Virus record (IMG/VR): IMGVR_UViG_3300044633_003049
Location: 147,785 to 211,784 of that record
Direction: 5' to 3' (one strand)
Length of the DNA stretch: 64,000 nt
Below the pieces are notes generated by a model. That model saw only the letters and a program-made list of their open reading frames with translations. It was not told the DNA's origin and did no database searches. The position numbers and the translations under genes are program-made. The stretch's first letter is position 1. Each line of letters starts with the position of its first letter. Positions 10,298 to 20,182 of this stretch are shown here, in pieces.

Positions 10298-12130
10298 TTA
10301 ATATGTAGTCGTTCCTAATGTTTTGGTTCTAACTCTAATATCAGTATTAGGGAACCTTATTTGGAATATTTGATTAGACTTCATAAAAATGGTCATATCT
10401 GACTGTAATATTTCCTTAGTTAATGTGTCTTTGTATGCCATTGCGGTTTCTGATGAAGAATATAACCCACCAATCTTATTATACGCCCTGATATCAATTA
10501 CATTCACTACTCCAGGTATTTGACCAATATGTCTAATTAAATCTCCAATGAATAATGGGTCACCCATTTTTCTTTTAGAAATGTCAAAGAAATCTGTTGT
10601 ATCGTTAATTGCTGTTTTAACGACATCTGTTGGGTTTTCATTTTTGTCGATGACAATATCCATTTCCAATGATAAGTCAATAACTTCCCCACTTGCAATG
10701 TCAATATAATCATTTATCATTCTATATTCAGAAAGATATTCTATAATATTACTTTTTAATGTATTTGAAACTGTGTCAGATAAATTACCATTATCGTCAT
10801 AGGATAAAATTTTAATTTTTACCTTATTGTCTTCTTCAACGACGTTCACTTTTGCTGGTGCTCCAAATGTTGCTGGCATCACCTCAATTATTGATTTATA
10901 GTCATTTAAAGTAACCGCTCTATTTTGTGCAGCAAAATTATAAGAAATCATGTTTCTCAATTCTTCAATCGTTGGTTGATCTGCCCCACCGACAGCTGGA
11001 GTTACATTTGTAACCCTCATAGATTGTGTCACTTGTGTGTTAATGGTAGATTGAGGTCCGTTGATATCTAATTCCACATTATCAATACTCGTGATAACAT
11101 TCACACCTAAATTGGAATCTTTTCCTCCACCAACTCTGTATTTTATGAATAAGGTTGTACTTGATTTTGGTATTGCCCCCAATGACATATTATTAAGATA
11201 GGTTGAAAGATTAACTTTCATTGTACCATTCATATAACTATCTAAATTGTCTAATGGATCAACATTACCCGAACCAAATGTAACTGAAAAATATCCTTCT
11301 GGTGTATATTCAGTTATAAATTTATTTGTAACAATTTTATTAGTTCCAGCCTTAAAATTATTTTTATCTGATACTGCGGTCGGGTCCGGTACAAAAACTT
11401 TATCCTGTACCAAACTTTTAACTTCATACCATTTGTTTGTTAAATCACTAAATTCATTTGAAGTAGGATTAGTACCAAAGTTAGTACCATCTTTATGTAT
11501 AATACTACTAACACCTAACACATCTTGTTCGGGTAAATACAATTTTAAAAATGGCTTTTGGTCTAATGATGTGATTACTCTCCTATATATTCTTGTAACC
11601 CCATTAACTACCGCTTCTCTTTTTGTAATTGTATATGACACCAATGAATTATTTGCATTGAAATTTGGTATTTTTAATCTATTTGGTTCACCCTTACTAT
11701 TAAATGGGTCTGAAAAATCTACATCCTCTACGGTTTCAAAAATTTGTCCTCCTCCTGATACTTGTGTTCCTGATCTCATAATTCCCAAATATCTATCATC
11801 TTCTTTATCACCTCTAACTGGTACATTTATTGAGAAATCACATAACGCAACTGAAGGTCTTTTGCATGGTATTTTCATACCATAAGTTTTTGCAATATGA
11901 AATAATGATTGTCTTTGTTGAGCAAAATCTAACATTGTTTCTTGCCAAACTCTATCTATATGGAAGTGTAAGTTATCTGCTACCGCAGCATTTAAATCCA
12001 ATAATACTGAAAATATTGATGCGTCGTTGGTATTTTTAACCAAGTCAGGATAATATTGTGTTGTTAGATTTACTAACTCTTCTCTTAAACCTGCAAAATC
12101 TCTTGTTGCGTATGATATTTTTTTACTCAT
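10298..12130 (-). CDS. Baseplate wedge protein, T4 gp6 / baseplate J-like
   Basis: N-terminal RDF..LR..L...Y.D....DASIFSVLLD..A; YRVGGG..SN; QNRAVTLNDY motif; follows a gp25-like gene. Confidence 0.85.
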   Translation of the reverse strand: MSKKISYATRDFAGLREELVNLTTQYYPDLVKNTNDASIFSVLLDLNAAVADNLHFHIDRVWQETMLDFAQQRQSLFHIAKTYGMKIPCKRPSVALCDFSINVPVRGDKEDDRYLGIMRSGTQVSGGGQIFETVEDVDFSDPFNSKGEPNRLKIPNFNANNSLVSYTITKREAVVNGVTRIYRRVITSLDQKPFLKLYLPEQDVLGVSSIIHKDGTNFGTNPTSNEFSDLTNKWYEVKSLVQDKVFVPDPTAVSDKNNFKAGTNKIVTNKFITEYTPEGYFSVTFGSGNVDPLDNLDSYMNGTMKVNLSTYLNNMSLGAIPKSSTTLFIKYRVGGGKDSNLGVNVITSIDNVELDINGPQSTINTQVTQSMRVTNVTPAVGGADQPTIEELRNMISYNFAAQNRAVTLNDYKSIIEVMPATFGAPAKVNVVEEDNKVKIKILSYDDNGNLSDTVSNTLKSNIIEYLSEYRMINDYIDIASGEVIDLSLEMDIVIDKNENPTDVVKTAINDTTDFFDISKRKMGDPLFIGDLIRHIGQIPGVVNVIDIRAYNKIGGLYSSSETAMAYKDTLTKEILQSDMTIFMKSNQIFQIRFPNTDIRVRTKTLGTTTY

Positions 12131-12131
12131 C

Positions 12132-12584
12132 TTAAATGTTTAGTATTATAAAATCCGAAGACGTAAAAGCTCCGTTATTTACTGTATATTCAATTTTAAC
12201 TACAGCCGTATGTGGTTTTTCAGAATCGCTTGAAACTCTAAAAAGTCTATTATCTTCATTTTCTTGTAGTGAATTAATTTGGTCTGGATCATCTTCCGCT
12301 GATACAACTACTATTGAGGTTAAATCCAAATTAGGAATATATTTTTTTACAGAATCTCGAATTTCACTTTCAATTAAACCGAATGTAACCGCATCGTTTT
12401 GGTCAAAGATGTATTGATATAATCTAGTACCAAAATCAGGTAAAAAATATCTACTACCCTTCTTTGTCAATAGGAGGTGTATTAAATCCGCTCTAATCTC
12501 TCTTTCGGGAGTACCAGTCATCTTTAAAAACTTTCCTTCTAAACTATCCCTAAATGGGAAATCTATTCCGTAGGTTGCTGCCAT
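12132..12584 (-). CDS. Baseplate wedge protein, gp25/GPW-like
   Basis: GIDFPF, LIHLLLTKKGSRYFLPDFGTRLYQYIFD motif; ATG at 12584 preferred over the TTG at 12590. Confidence 0.85.
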   Translation of the reverse strand: MAATYGIDFPFRDSLEGKFLKMTGTPEREIRADLIHLLLTKKGSRYFLPDFGTRLYQYIFDQNDAVTFGLIESEIRDSVKKYIPNLDLTSIVVVSAEDDPDQINSLQENEDNRLFRVSSDSEKPHTAVVKIEYTVNNGAFTSSDFIILNI

Positions 12585-12614
12585 ATTCAATAAATATAAA
12601 CAATACGAAAATGG

Positions 12615-12779
12615 TTATGTATCTTCTTTTATTTTTGTATTCCCTTTTTGATGTGGAGGTAAGTAAGGACATCCTGAACATCCATTACCACAACAGTACC
12701 CTCTCTTTAATAAAAAAAGAGAAGTCAGAACCATAAGTCCTGACTTCCCATCTATGTAATAATCTACCCCTTCTACCAT
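12615..12779 (-). CDS. Small Cys-rich protein, DUF5522-like (not in ORF track)
   Basis: Hand translation MVEGVDYYIDGKSGLMVLTSLFLLKRGYCCGNGCSGCPYLPPHQKGNTKIKEDT (54 aa); ATG overlaps the RNR stop (TAATG). Confidence 0.8.
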   Translation of the reverse strand: MVEGVDYYIDGKSGLMVLTSLFLLKRGYCCGNGCSGCPYLPPHQKGNTKIKEDT

Positions 12780-15040
12780 TAGATACTTGTAATTTCACAA
12801 CTTCCACCAGAACATGCTTGAGCCGCAAAGTCACTAATATCTTTATATTGAGGTCTGTCTAAAATTTCACCAAAATTAACTTCTTTAAATTGACGAGTGA
12901 TGGTTTCCCACTTATAAAATAAATGGACGTCTTTTAAACAATAAACCATTTTCTTCATATCACCTTTAAAGTAATTCTTTGCAAATTTCTTCGCTCTTGA
13001 TAACCAATATTCTTTTAATAAAACTTGTTCTCTTGTTCCTGTTAAAGTTATACTTCTATCCAATAAAGTATCACAAGCTAACCATAAGTTTTGATTAAAG
13101 TAATGTAAACCATCAATGATTAAACCTGACGCTAAAATTGAACCTTTACCATATTGTTCAATAATATCTTCTAAATTCAATACTGAAGTGAATGGTGCTT
13201 GGTTAAAATCTTTATCTCCGTAATCAGACATAAAACTTACAGCAGTAAAGAAATCTCTTTCTTCCCAAATGTAATCAACAATCGCATCTTTGTCATCAAT
13301 AATGACGGTACAAGATGTATTATGATTAACTCCTTTGTAAGCACATAATTCATGATTAGTTCCGGCATTTACCCAATGTTGTTGAACTAATTTAATTAAT
13401 TCAAGATGTTTAATTCCTTTCATGTCCTTTTTGAATAAACCAACTTTTGGGTTTTCAACAGGAACAAAAACAACGTAATCACTTTTAGTTGATGACCATA
13501 CACTCTCTTCCAATAAGAATCCCATATTGTCAACTAACCATTTTGCGGTGTTACTTTCTTTATTCAATTGCATAATACGGAAATACTTTTCAGAATGTTC
13601 AGGGTGAATACCTGAAGCGGTTCCTAATACAACTGATGCGTTACCTGAAGGTTTAACACAAGTAGTTCTTGCAGCTTGGTTAATACCAATAACCGCAGCA
13701 ACTTCTTTATTTGTGTCTTTTACCATTTGAGCACCTTCTTCTAATAATTCTGCATTGAATAATTTTGGATTGTTCATCCAACCTGTAATACTAACACCTA
13801 ATAAAGCCTCCCTTTCAAAAATCTTTCTACTTGTTTCACCTAAGTAAGGGAAACTTGTATATCCTGCTTGTAGTGTACCTAAGATAGACGCATCTTTACA
13901 AGCCTTTAAAAATTTATCTTTTGTAGTTGCCTTCTCCGCATTAATTTCAGTTAAGTTACAACCTTGAATACCAAATTTTTCTTTATTGTTTTTAACATAT
14001 TCTTCAACATCATCATATTTGATTTTAGAAAAATCTACAGTATCTAATACAGGTATTTTTAAAATTTCAAAACATGGGTTGAACATATCAAACCAACTAT
14101 TTGCAAATACGAATCCAATATCGTTAGCACCATCATTAAGTTGTACCAAGTAATTAAATTGTTCTTTTTGAACTTCACTTCTTAATAACAAAACTGAGTT
14201 ATTACTACGACCTCTTTGTGGATTTTCATTTCTCCAATTCCCTGTTTTAGCGTGAATCATTTCAGTATCGTTAGGGTCAACAATCATATTCAACGCTGAA
14301 CGTCTAACACCACCTGATAATACAGCATCTGCCGAATGACAAATAATATCAAACGCTAAAATTGGTCTGATTTTATTTCCTTCATTAGTTAACCACTTTT
14401 CAATTAACGCTTCTATCTTTTCTAAAGATTGTTTTAATCCTTCGGGGCCAGGTGCTTTAAAACCACCACTAATGAATGCTCCTTTTTCTCTGATTTGTGA
14501 ATAATCAAATTTTACTTCATATCCAGCAAATTCAGGGAAAGGTTGTTCATCAACAAAATATGATGACATAATAACTCCCAATGAGTTTGCCCATCCTTCA
14601 ATACTATCTTCAATTACATATGTTTTAGTACCTAAAGTTCTTTTTTGAATTTTACTTAAATTATTAACAAATGGAATTGATAGTCCTCCACCGAAACCAC
14701 AACCAGATAATGCAAGATAAAATATCTCTTGAAATACTCTATTACGAGCAATGTGTCCTGATGTACAGTTAAACATTCTCGTGTTGTGTTTCATAATTTG
14801 TTCGTGTCTGTATTGTAAATTTCTTTGTGAAGCCAATACCGCCTGATCTTTCATACTTTCTAACGCCGACTCTAAATACGGTTCCACCGTTTTTTTATAG
14901 TTCACATATTTTTTTCTGTGTCCATCTATGATATTTTCACATGCGTCTTCCCATGTTTCATACCTTCCTTTATCTTCCAACCATTTGAAATAGTCCGAGT
15001 GTAACTTCAAGTCACTCAGAAATTTTTTACCTTTCTGCAT
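12779..15040 (-). CDS. nrdJ: Class II (adenosylcobalamin-dependent) monomeric ribonucleotide reductase
   Basis: FNC, SGGVRRSA, NPCFEI, CNLTEIN, TCVKPSG, GTASGIHP and C-terminal CSGGSCEI; resembles RTPR-type enzymes; no beta subunit adjacent. Confidence 0.85.
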   Translation of the reverse strand: MQKGKKFLSDLKLHSDYFKWLEDKGRYETWEDACENIIDGHRKKYVNYKKTVEPYLESALESMKDQAVLASQRNLQYRHEQIMKHNTRMFNCTSGHIARNRVFQEIFYLALSGCGFGGGLSIPFVNNLSKIQKRTLGTKTYVIEDSIEGWANSLGVIMSSYFVDEQPFPEFAGYEVKFDYSQIREKGAFISGGFKAPGPEGLKQSLEKIEALIEKWLTNEGNKIRPILAFDIICHSADAVLSGGVRRSALNMIVDPNDTEMIHAKTGNWRNENPQRGRSNNSVLLLRSEVQKEQFNYLVQLNDGANDIGFVFANSWFDMFNPCFEILKIPVLDTVDFSKIKYDDVEEYVKNNKEKFGIQGCNLTEINAEKATTKDKFLKACKDASILGTLQAGYTSFPYLGETSRKIFEREALLGVSITGWMNNPKLFNAELLEEGAQMVKDTNKEVAAVIGINQAARTTCVKPSGNASVVLGTASGIHPEHSEKYFRIMQLNKESNTAKWLVDNMGFLLEESVWSSTKSDYVVFVPVENPKVGLFKKDMKGIKHLELIKLVQQHWVNAGTNHELCAYKGVNHNTSCTVIIDDKDAIVDYIWEERDFFTAVSFMSDYGDKDFNQAPFTSVLNLEDIIEQYGKGSILASGLIIDGLHYFNQNLWLACDTLLDRSITLTGTREQVLLKEYWLSRAKKFAKNYFKGDMKKMVYCLKDVHLFYKWETITRQFKEVNFGEILDRPQYKDISDFAAQACSGGSCEITSI

Positions 15041-15059
15041 TTCTAAACTTTGTTTTTTT

Positions 15060-16445
15060 TTATTTACTTATTATTTGTGTCTTCTTCTCTTGTGCCTTTT
15101 TGTAAACTTCGGCAACTCTATTAGCTCTTTTTTGTACCTCGTCTTGTTCATGACCTAATAAGGTATTTTGTGATTCCGTATCAATAATTAAAAATTCATT
15201 ATTAAATTTACAATTTTGAAATACCACACCATCTTTACCAATACGTGATTTCAATAATGTAAGTGTTGCCAAATTATGTTCCTTTTGTTCTAATGTTTTA
15301 CCAATAGATAATATAACGTGAGCAATTTGAGCCTTCTTAATTGAACCTCCCATTTGGTCACCAGTCACAACTTCGCTTGAAATAGATTCACGGTTACCTT
15401 GTGTTGCCGTCCATATTGCCATTTCAAATTCACCCGTCATAGATTCCAAACTTCTCATAACCGAACCCTCTCCTTTCCATTCTTCACCATTTGTTGATTT
15501 GTCAGATGAAATACAATCAACATAATCTAACACTAATAAATCCACTTTAATTCCATCTGAATTCATCTTTCTGATTTTATTTTTAATTTCAGAAACAGTT
15601 ACATTATCACTCGCCAATTTCAATAATTTCAAACTTCCTTTTGATCTTGTTTGTGCTTCCTCAACTTTTTCTTTAACCATATCTTTAAATTCTGGTTGTT
15701 GGTCTGGAGCAATTTCTGACCAAATAGTATAATGTTTTCTTTTAATATTACCTGGGTTGTCTTCAAAAAATATTTGAACTACGTTATAACCTAAGTTATA
15801 AGCCGTGTTTGCAAACTTCGTAAGTAAGGTAGTTTTACCAGTACCAGTAGGTGCTAATACAACTCCTAATTCTCCTATCCCTAACCCACCCTTAAGTAAG
15901 TTGTCAATTCCCACAATGCCTGTCGGTAATGGGTGTCTAAAGTCCTGTTCTAACGCTGCATCAATATCGTGGAATACATCAGTTGTTTCATCATTAGAAA
16001 TACCAACTTGTAATGCTTTTTGGATAATTTCTTCAATCTTATTATACGCTTCAAATTCACCACTTTCAATAATACTCTGTACGTTTTTTAACTCTCTTTT
16101 CAAGTTTTGTTGTTTACAGAAATTAAGTGCAGTGTCTTTTACATATTCAATTTGTGATTCATTATTTTTAATTGCCTCTAATGTATCTACGTGAACTTTG
16201 GAAGAGTCTTTGTTACCACCTTCAGCCATAATTTTCTGTGCCAATGTATTGTAATCAGGAATTTTATTATATGCCTTATATAATTCCTTTGTATTTTCCA
16301 TAATAAATTTAAATGAACTGTTGTCAAAAAATTTACTTTCTAATACATCAATAATGGTCTCACCATATTTCTTATCTTCAATAATCGCTTTTATTAGGGA
16401 TTGTTGAAACGAAAATCCCAAATACCCAAAATTCCTTTCTTCCAT
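15060..16445 (-). CDS. dnaB: Replicative DNA helicase, DnaB/gp41-like
   Basis: Walker A APTGTGKTT, LLVLDYVD Walker B, WTATQGNR, LLKSRIG. Confidence 0.9.
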   Translation of the reverse strand: MEERNFGYLGFSFQQSLIKAIIEDKKYGETIIDVLESKFFDNSSFKFIMENTKELYKAYNKIPDYNTLAQKIMAEGGNKDSSKVHVDTLEAIKNNESQIEYVKDTALNFCKQQNLKRELKNVQSIIESGEFEAYNKIEEIIQKALQVGISNDETTDVFHDIDAALEQDFRHPLPTGIVGIDNLLKGGLGIGELGVVLAPTGTGKTTLLTKFANTAYNLGYNVVQIFFEDNPGNIKRKHYTIWSEIAPDQQPEFKDMVKEKVEEAQTRSKGSLKLLKLASDNVTVSEIKNKIRKMNSDGIKVDLLVLDYVDCISSDKSTNGEEWKGEGSVMRSLESMTGEFEMAIWTATQGNRESISSEVVTGDQMGGSIKKAQIAHVILSIGKTLEQKEHNLATLTLLKSRIGKDGVVFQNCKFNNEFLIIDTESQNTLLGHEQDEVQKRANRVAEVYKKAQEKKTQIISK

Positions 16446-16470
16446 GTTTTGTTTTTATATATGTTTTAAA

Positions 16471-16929
16471 TTATAGCTCGTGTTGTAGATATTTCGTCTC
16501 TAATTCTTCGGTTGATAAAATGTCAGTTAAATCTGACAAAATTGTTTTCAATCTCGGACGAATGTCTACCGTATATCTTACTTTCGGATGGTAATAATAT
16601 GCGGGGAATATCCTTTGAATAAATACATCGTCCCCCAACTTAATTTCCATTAAAAAATGTTCTTTTTCTTTGGTTTCATCACTTTCCACAGAGTCCATAT
16701 TAAGGATATAGTTTTGATTCTCACATAGATAGTTGGAACTTTTTATTTTCAAATCGTGTGAAATATCTTCACAAATATTTTTTATATAGTAGTGAAGGTC
16801 CATTGAACGTCTCGCTTGGTCAACGTGGTCTCTCACGTTAAAAAATCTTTGACACACAATGTGTCCTTCTAAAGACAAAAGAAATTCAAATTTCGTAATG
16901 TTGTCTTGGTTTTGGTAATCTCTACTCAT
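16471..16929 (-). CDS. Hypothetical protein
   Basis: 152-aa ORF overlapping the exonuclease stop, upstream of the helicase. Confidence 0.7.
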   Translation of the reverse strand: MSRDYQNQDNITKFEFLLSLEGHIVCQRFFNVRDHVDQARRSMDLHYYIKNICEDISHDLKIKSSNYLCENQNYILNMDSVESDETKEKEHFLMEIKLGDDVFIQRIFPAYYYHPKVRYTVDIRPRLKTILSDLTDILSTEELETKYLQHEL

Positions 16930-17950
16930 TGGTTTTTACTTTAATTGTTTTTGTTTTTATTTTATTTTTTTCTTTTCTTGTTAAACGTAAGAATGGATTT
17001 AAAAACTTTGTCCATGCGTCATCTGATTTGGGTAACATATTGAACAGTCCATCGTCCATCATCATTTTCATTGCGTTTTTATAAGATCTTCCTTCTTGGT
17101 CTAATGACTCGTTTATTAGAAGGTCAATGTTTTCTTTCGCCTCATCACTTAAAAAAGGTTCATCCAAACTCACGATACGATTGTTTACGTCAAAGAACTC
17201 TTCCCCAAATACTCCGTGTTTAGTAACACCTGTTAGTAAATTTGTAATTAATTTGTTGTGTTTGTCTTGTTCAAAAAGAAGTTCACTCCTTTCTTTAACT
17301 TGTTGAACTGAGATTGATTCGGTTCTAAGTTCAGGGAAAAAAGATAGAAATCTTTTAACACCCATTCCTTTAATTCCTGCAATGTTGTCTGACGAATCAC
17401 CACATATCATCTTAACCAACCTAACGTTTTCAATTAAGATGTCTTCTTTGTCATAAACTATCGTATCATTTTGTTTGTATAACTTTCCGTGAGACGGATT
17501 GTAAATTTGTGTGTTTTCTGAAACCAATTGGGTGAGGTCTCCGTCTGAAGAATAAATTATTTTATTTTCATCTGGTGAGTTTTGTGTGTAATAAGCAATG
17601 TTATCATCTGTCTCACAAAATTCATATTCACCCTGTCTTACATATAGTTCTTCAAGATATTGTTTAACCCTATCTCTTTGACTTAAATAAGATTGTAATT
17701 CTTCTTCCGACCTTAATCTTGAACGTCGGTTTTCCTTGTAATGAATGTATATTTTCTTTCGGTTTTGTGAACCTTCGTGTCCATCCCAAAATACTACAAT
17801 CTTATCTAAATGGTAGTACTCAAACGCTCTCCTAAGAGTATTAAGGAAATGATATATTCCCCCAACATGTTGTCCTTTATGAAAAGCATTTTTGACACCG
17901 TAAAAACCAATTGTGAGTAGATTGTCTCCATCAACAAGTAAAACCGACAT
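16922..17950 (-). CDS. 5'-3' exonuclease / RNase H (T4 rnh, PolI 5'-nuclease family)
   Basis: LLVDGDN, VVFWDG, ETDDNIA, SSDGDLTQL, GDSSDNIAGIKGMG helix-hairpin motifs. Confidence 0.9.
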   Translation of the reverse strand: MSVLLVDGDNLLTIGFYGVKNAFHKGQHVGGIYHFLNTLRRAFEYYHLDKIVVFWDGHEGSQNRKKIYIHYKENRRSRLRSEEELQSYLSQRDRVKQYLEELYVRQGEYEFCETDDNIAYYTQNSPDENKIIYSSDGDLTQLVSENTQIYNPSHGKLYKQNDTIVYDKEDILIENVRLVKMICGDSSDNIAGIKGMGVKRFLSFFPELRTESISVQQVKERSELLFEQDKHNKLITNLLTGVTKHGVFGEEFFDVNNRIVSLDEPFLSDEAKENIDLLINESLDQEGRSYKNAMKMMMDDGLFNMLPKSDDAWTKFLNPFLRLTRKEKNKIKTKTIKVKTNE

Positions 17951-17960
17951 TTAAAATAAT

Positions 17961-18941
17961 TTATAGATCACTTTCTTCTGTTACAACTTCTACGTCTGCG
18001 ATGTCTGTAACATTAACACCTAACATCTTACTGATGTAATCACCACTTTCTTTTTTATATTCCTCGATAGATTTCTTCTCTTCAGCGTCTTCTCTACCTG
18101 GCATAAATCCGTGTGATGTAACCAAGATACGTCCATCCTCATATCCTAAACCATTGATGTGGTTTTTCATAATTGAGATTTTTGTTCTTGTTGCAATTTT
18201 AACTTTTCTCTTATCTTTAGTGATAGAGATTTTAGTTGTTCCCGCTCCTTTTTGATTACCAAATAAGAATACAATACTTGAGTTTAACCAAATTGCTTCA
18301 CCGCCCTTTGCTTTAATCTTTGGTTGTCCAAAAGGATTGTCAGGTAATTCTACCCAAGGTTGGTTTACAATGATTAACGTGTTTGTATAAGGTTTATCTG
18401 TTCTTCTTGAACCTGAGATACGTTGATTAATACCCATTCCAATTTTGTCAGCTAATACCGACGCATTGTGTTGTTTACCACCTTTACCATCATATGTCAT
18501 CTTACATGGAACTGAACCAACCGAATCCCAAAGAATTAATAAATCGTGAGGTAAATCACCTTTTTCTTGTGCATCTAATAGTTCATTTATATATTCTGTA
18601 ATTTGCTCAATATACTCAAAATCACTATTAAAAAGGTAGTCTCCGTCTTTATTAAACCCCATTAATTCGGCGTGGTCCCAACTCCATTTTTGTTCTGTAA
18701 TTACAAACACAGGAACAACACCTTTCTTTTGTGCATCTACCGCTGCCTTTACAAGTGCTGTAGTTTTACCCGTATCACTATGTCCTAATAACATATTGAT
18801 GTGTCCCATTGCAGGACCTGGAATACCACAAGCATCCAAGAAAGCATCTCCCAAATCAAAGAAACGGTCTGGTTTATATTCGGCCTCTTTTGAGAATTTT
18901 TTTTTAATTGCTGAAAAATCTGTTTTTTTAATACCTGCCAT
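17961..18941 (-). CDS. recA: RecA/UvsX-like recombinase
   Basis: Walker A GHSDTGKTT, ILWDSVG Walker B, IIVNQ, GGEAI. Confidence 0.9.
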   Translation of the reverse strand: MAGIKKTDFSAIKKKFSKEAEYKPDRFFDLGDAFLDACGIPGPAMGHINMLLGHSDTGKTTALVKAAVDAQKKGVVPVFVITEQKWSWDHAELMGFNKDGDYLFNSDFEYIEQITEYINELLDAQEKGDLPHDLLILWDSVGSVPCKMTYDGKGGKQHNASVLADKIGMGINQRISGSRRTDKPYTNTLIIVNQPWVELPDNPFGQPKIKAKGGEAIWLNSSIVFLFGNQKGAGTTKISITKDKRKVKIATRTKISIMKNHINGLGYEDGRILVTSHGFMPGREDAEEKKSIEEYKKESGDYISKMLGVNVTDIADVEVVTEESDL

Positions 18942-18954
18942 GTTTTTGTTTTTA

Positions 18955-18984
18955 AAAATGGGGCGGATATTTCACCACCCCGTT
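18955..18984 (-). terminator. Intrinsic terminator after the SSB gene
   Basis: Minus strand ggggtggtgaaatatccgcccc hairpin followed by attttt. Confidence 0.65.
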
Positions 18985-18990
18985 AAATAA

Positions 18991-19833
18991 TTAGAACGGA
19001 AGATCTCCATCTACATCCGCATCGTCTTGTGGGTCAACCACAGGAGTAGAAGATTTCGGTGCTCCGATAGTTTCTTCTGTTGTCAAATTAGAAACCCATT
19101 TGCTACTTGCGGTGTCCCAACGTGGAACCTCACCTCTTGCAACCATTTCCAAATAATCTTCACCCTTTTTAGAGTAAACATCAGACCAAGTTAATTCATC
19201 TTCTAACCACGTTTTTGCAACGTCAGCGTCAGTATGTAATGGACTTGGGTCATCATTTAATACTGAATTAATAACAGTGTACTCTTTTCCTGTACCTGCC
19301 TTTGTTAAGGTTAAAGACAAGATTAAGTCACGACCTGTTTCAGAATTGGTAACATCACCTTTATTACGGAAGATTGGGAATACTTTGTCGATAACACCAT
19401 CACCTTTATGGTTGTGTTTAAATCTCCAAAATTTAACTCCGTCAGATTCGTGGTCTCTATCTATAACTTTAACGATATAGAATTTACGAGAACGATATTG
19501 ACGTGCGGCTTCTCTATCAGCCTCAACACCCGTACCCATTAAAGCTTCATTAACCTCATTTAATGGTGAACGTTTTCCTTCTTGTTTTGGGTCATATAAT
19601 TTAACCCATTTTCCATCCACTTGAATTTCGTGGAAGTAAACCTCAACAAACGGAGAAGAACCGTCTTTTGTTGGTAAAATACGAATACGTCTTTCTTCAC
19701 CCTTAGAACCCTTAGGTAATACGGTTGTGAAATAACGTTTCATTCTGTCCTCTGAGGACATTTTGTTGCTATTGCCACTTGTGGCGTTTTTGTTTTTCTC
19801 GTACTGTGCAAGTACTGCGTCAAATGTAGACAT
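18991..19833 (-). CDS. Single-stranded DNA-binding protein, gp32-like
   Basis: IRILP..DGSSPF.EVYFH, R.KFYIVKVIDR; acidic C-terminal tail DDADVDGDLPF; next to RecA. Confidence 0.8.
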   Translation of the reverse strand: MSTFDAVLAQYEKNKNATSGNSNKMSSEDRMKRYFTTVLPKGSKGEERRIRILPTKDGSSPFVEVYFHEIQVDGKWVKLYDPKQEGKRSPLNEVNEALMGTGVEADREAARQYRSRKFYIVKVIDRDHESDGVKFWRFKHNHKGDGVIDKVFPIFRNKGDVTNSETGRDLILSLTLTKAGTGKEYTVINSVLNDDPSPLHTDADVAKTWLEDELTWSDVYSKKGEDYLEMVARGEVPRWDTASSKWVSNLTTEETIGAPKSSTPVVDPQDDADVDGDLPF

Positions 19834-19880
19834 GTGATTTTGATTTAAATTTTAATAATCATTTATGATATAATATACAT

Positions 19881-19910
19881 AAAAAAACCCAGACTGTGAA
19901 ATCTGGGTTG
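19881..19910 (-). terminator. Intrinsic terminator upstream of the SSB gene
   Basis: Minus strand aacccagatttcacagtctgggttttttt. Confidence 0.8.
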
Positions 19911-19934
19911 AATTATTTTTAAAGTATTTTTTTA

Positions 19935-20162
19935 TTACCAACTAATCACATAATCGTTATTGGTACCCATAAAATTGTTCTTAGTCTGAATTTTATAACC
20001 ATAATTTGTTAATGTGGTTACTATCGCGTCATTCACGTATCTTGGGTCTAAGGTAATTTGATATAGTCCTTGAGATGTTGCCCCTGATATTAAACCATCA
20101 ATATAAGCTAACGACCCTGTTGATGTATTTGACGCTGTTCTAGCTGCTGATCCTGATTGCAT
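19935..20162 (-). CDS. Hypothetical protein
   Basis: 75-aa ORF followed by a terminator. Confidence 0.65.
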   Translation of the reverse strand: MQSGSAARTASNTSTGSLAYIDGLISGATSQGLYQITLDPRYVNDAIVTTLTNYGYKIQTKNNFMGTNNDYVISW

Positions 20163-20182
20163 TTTTTAATATTTTTTAATTT

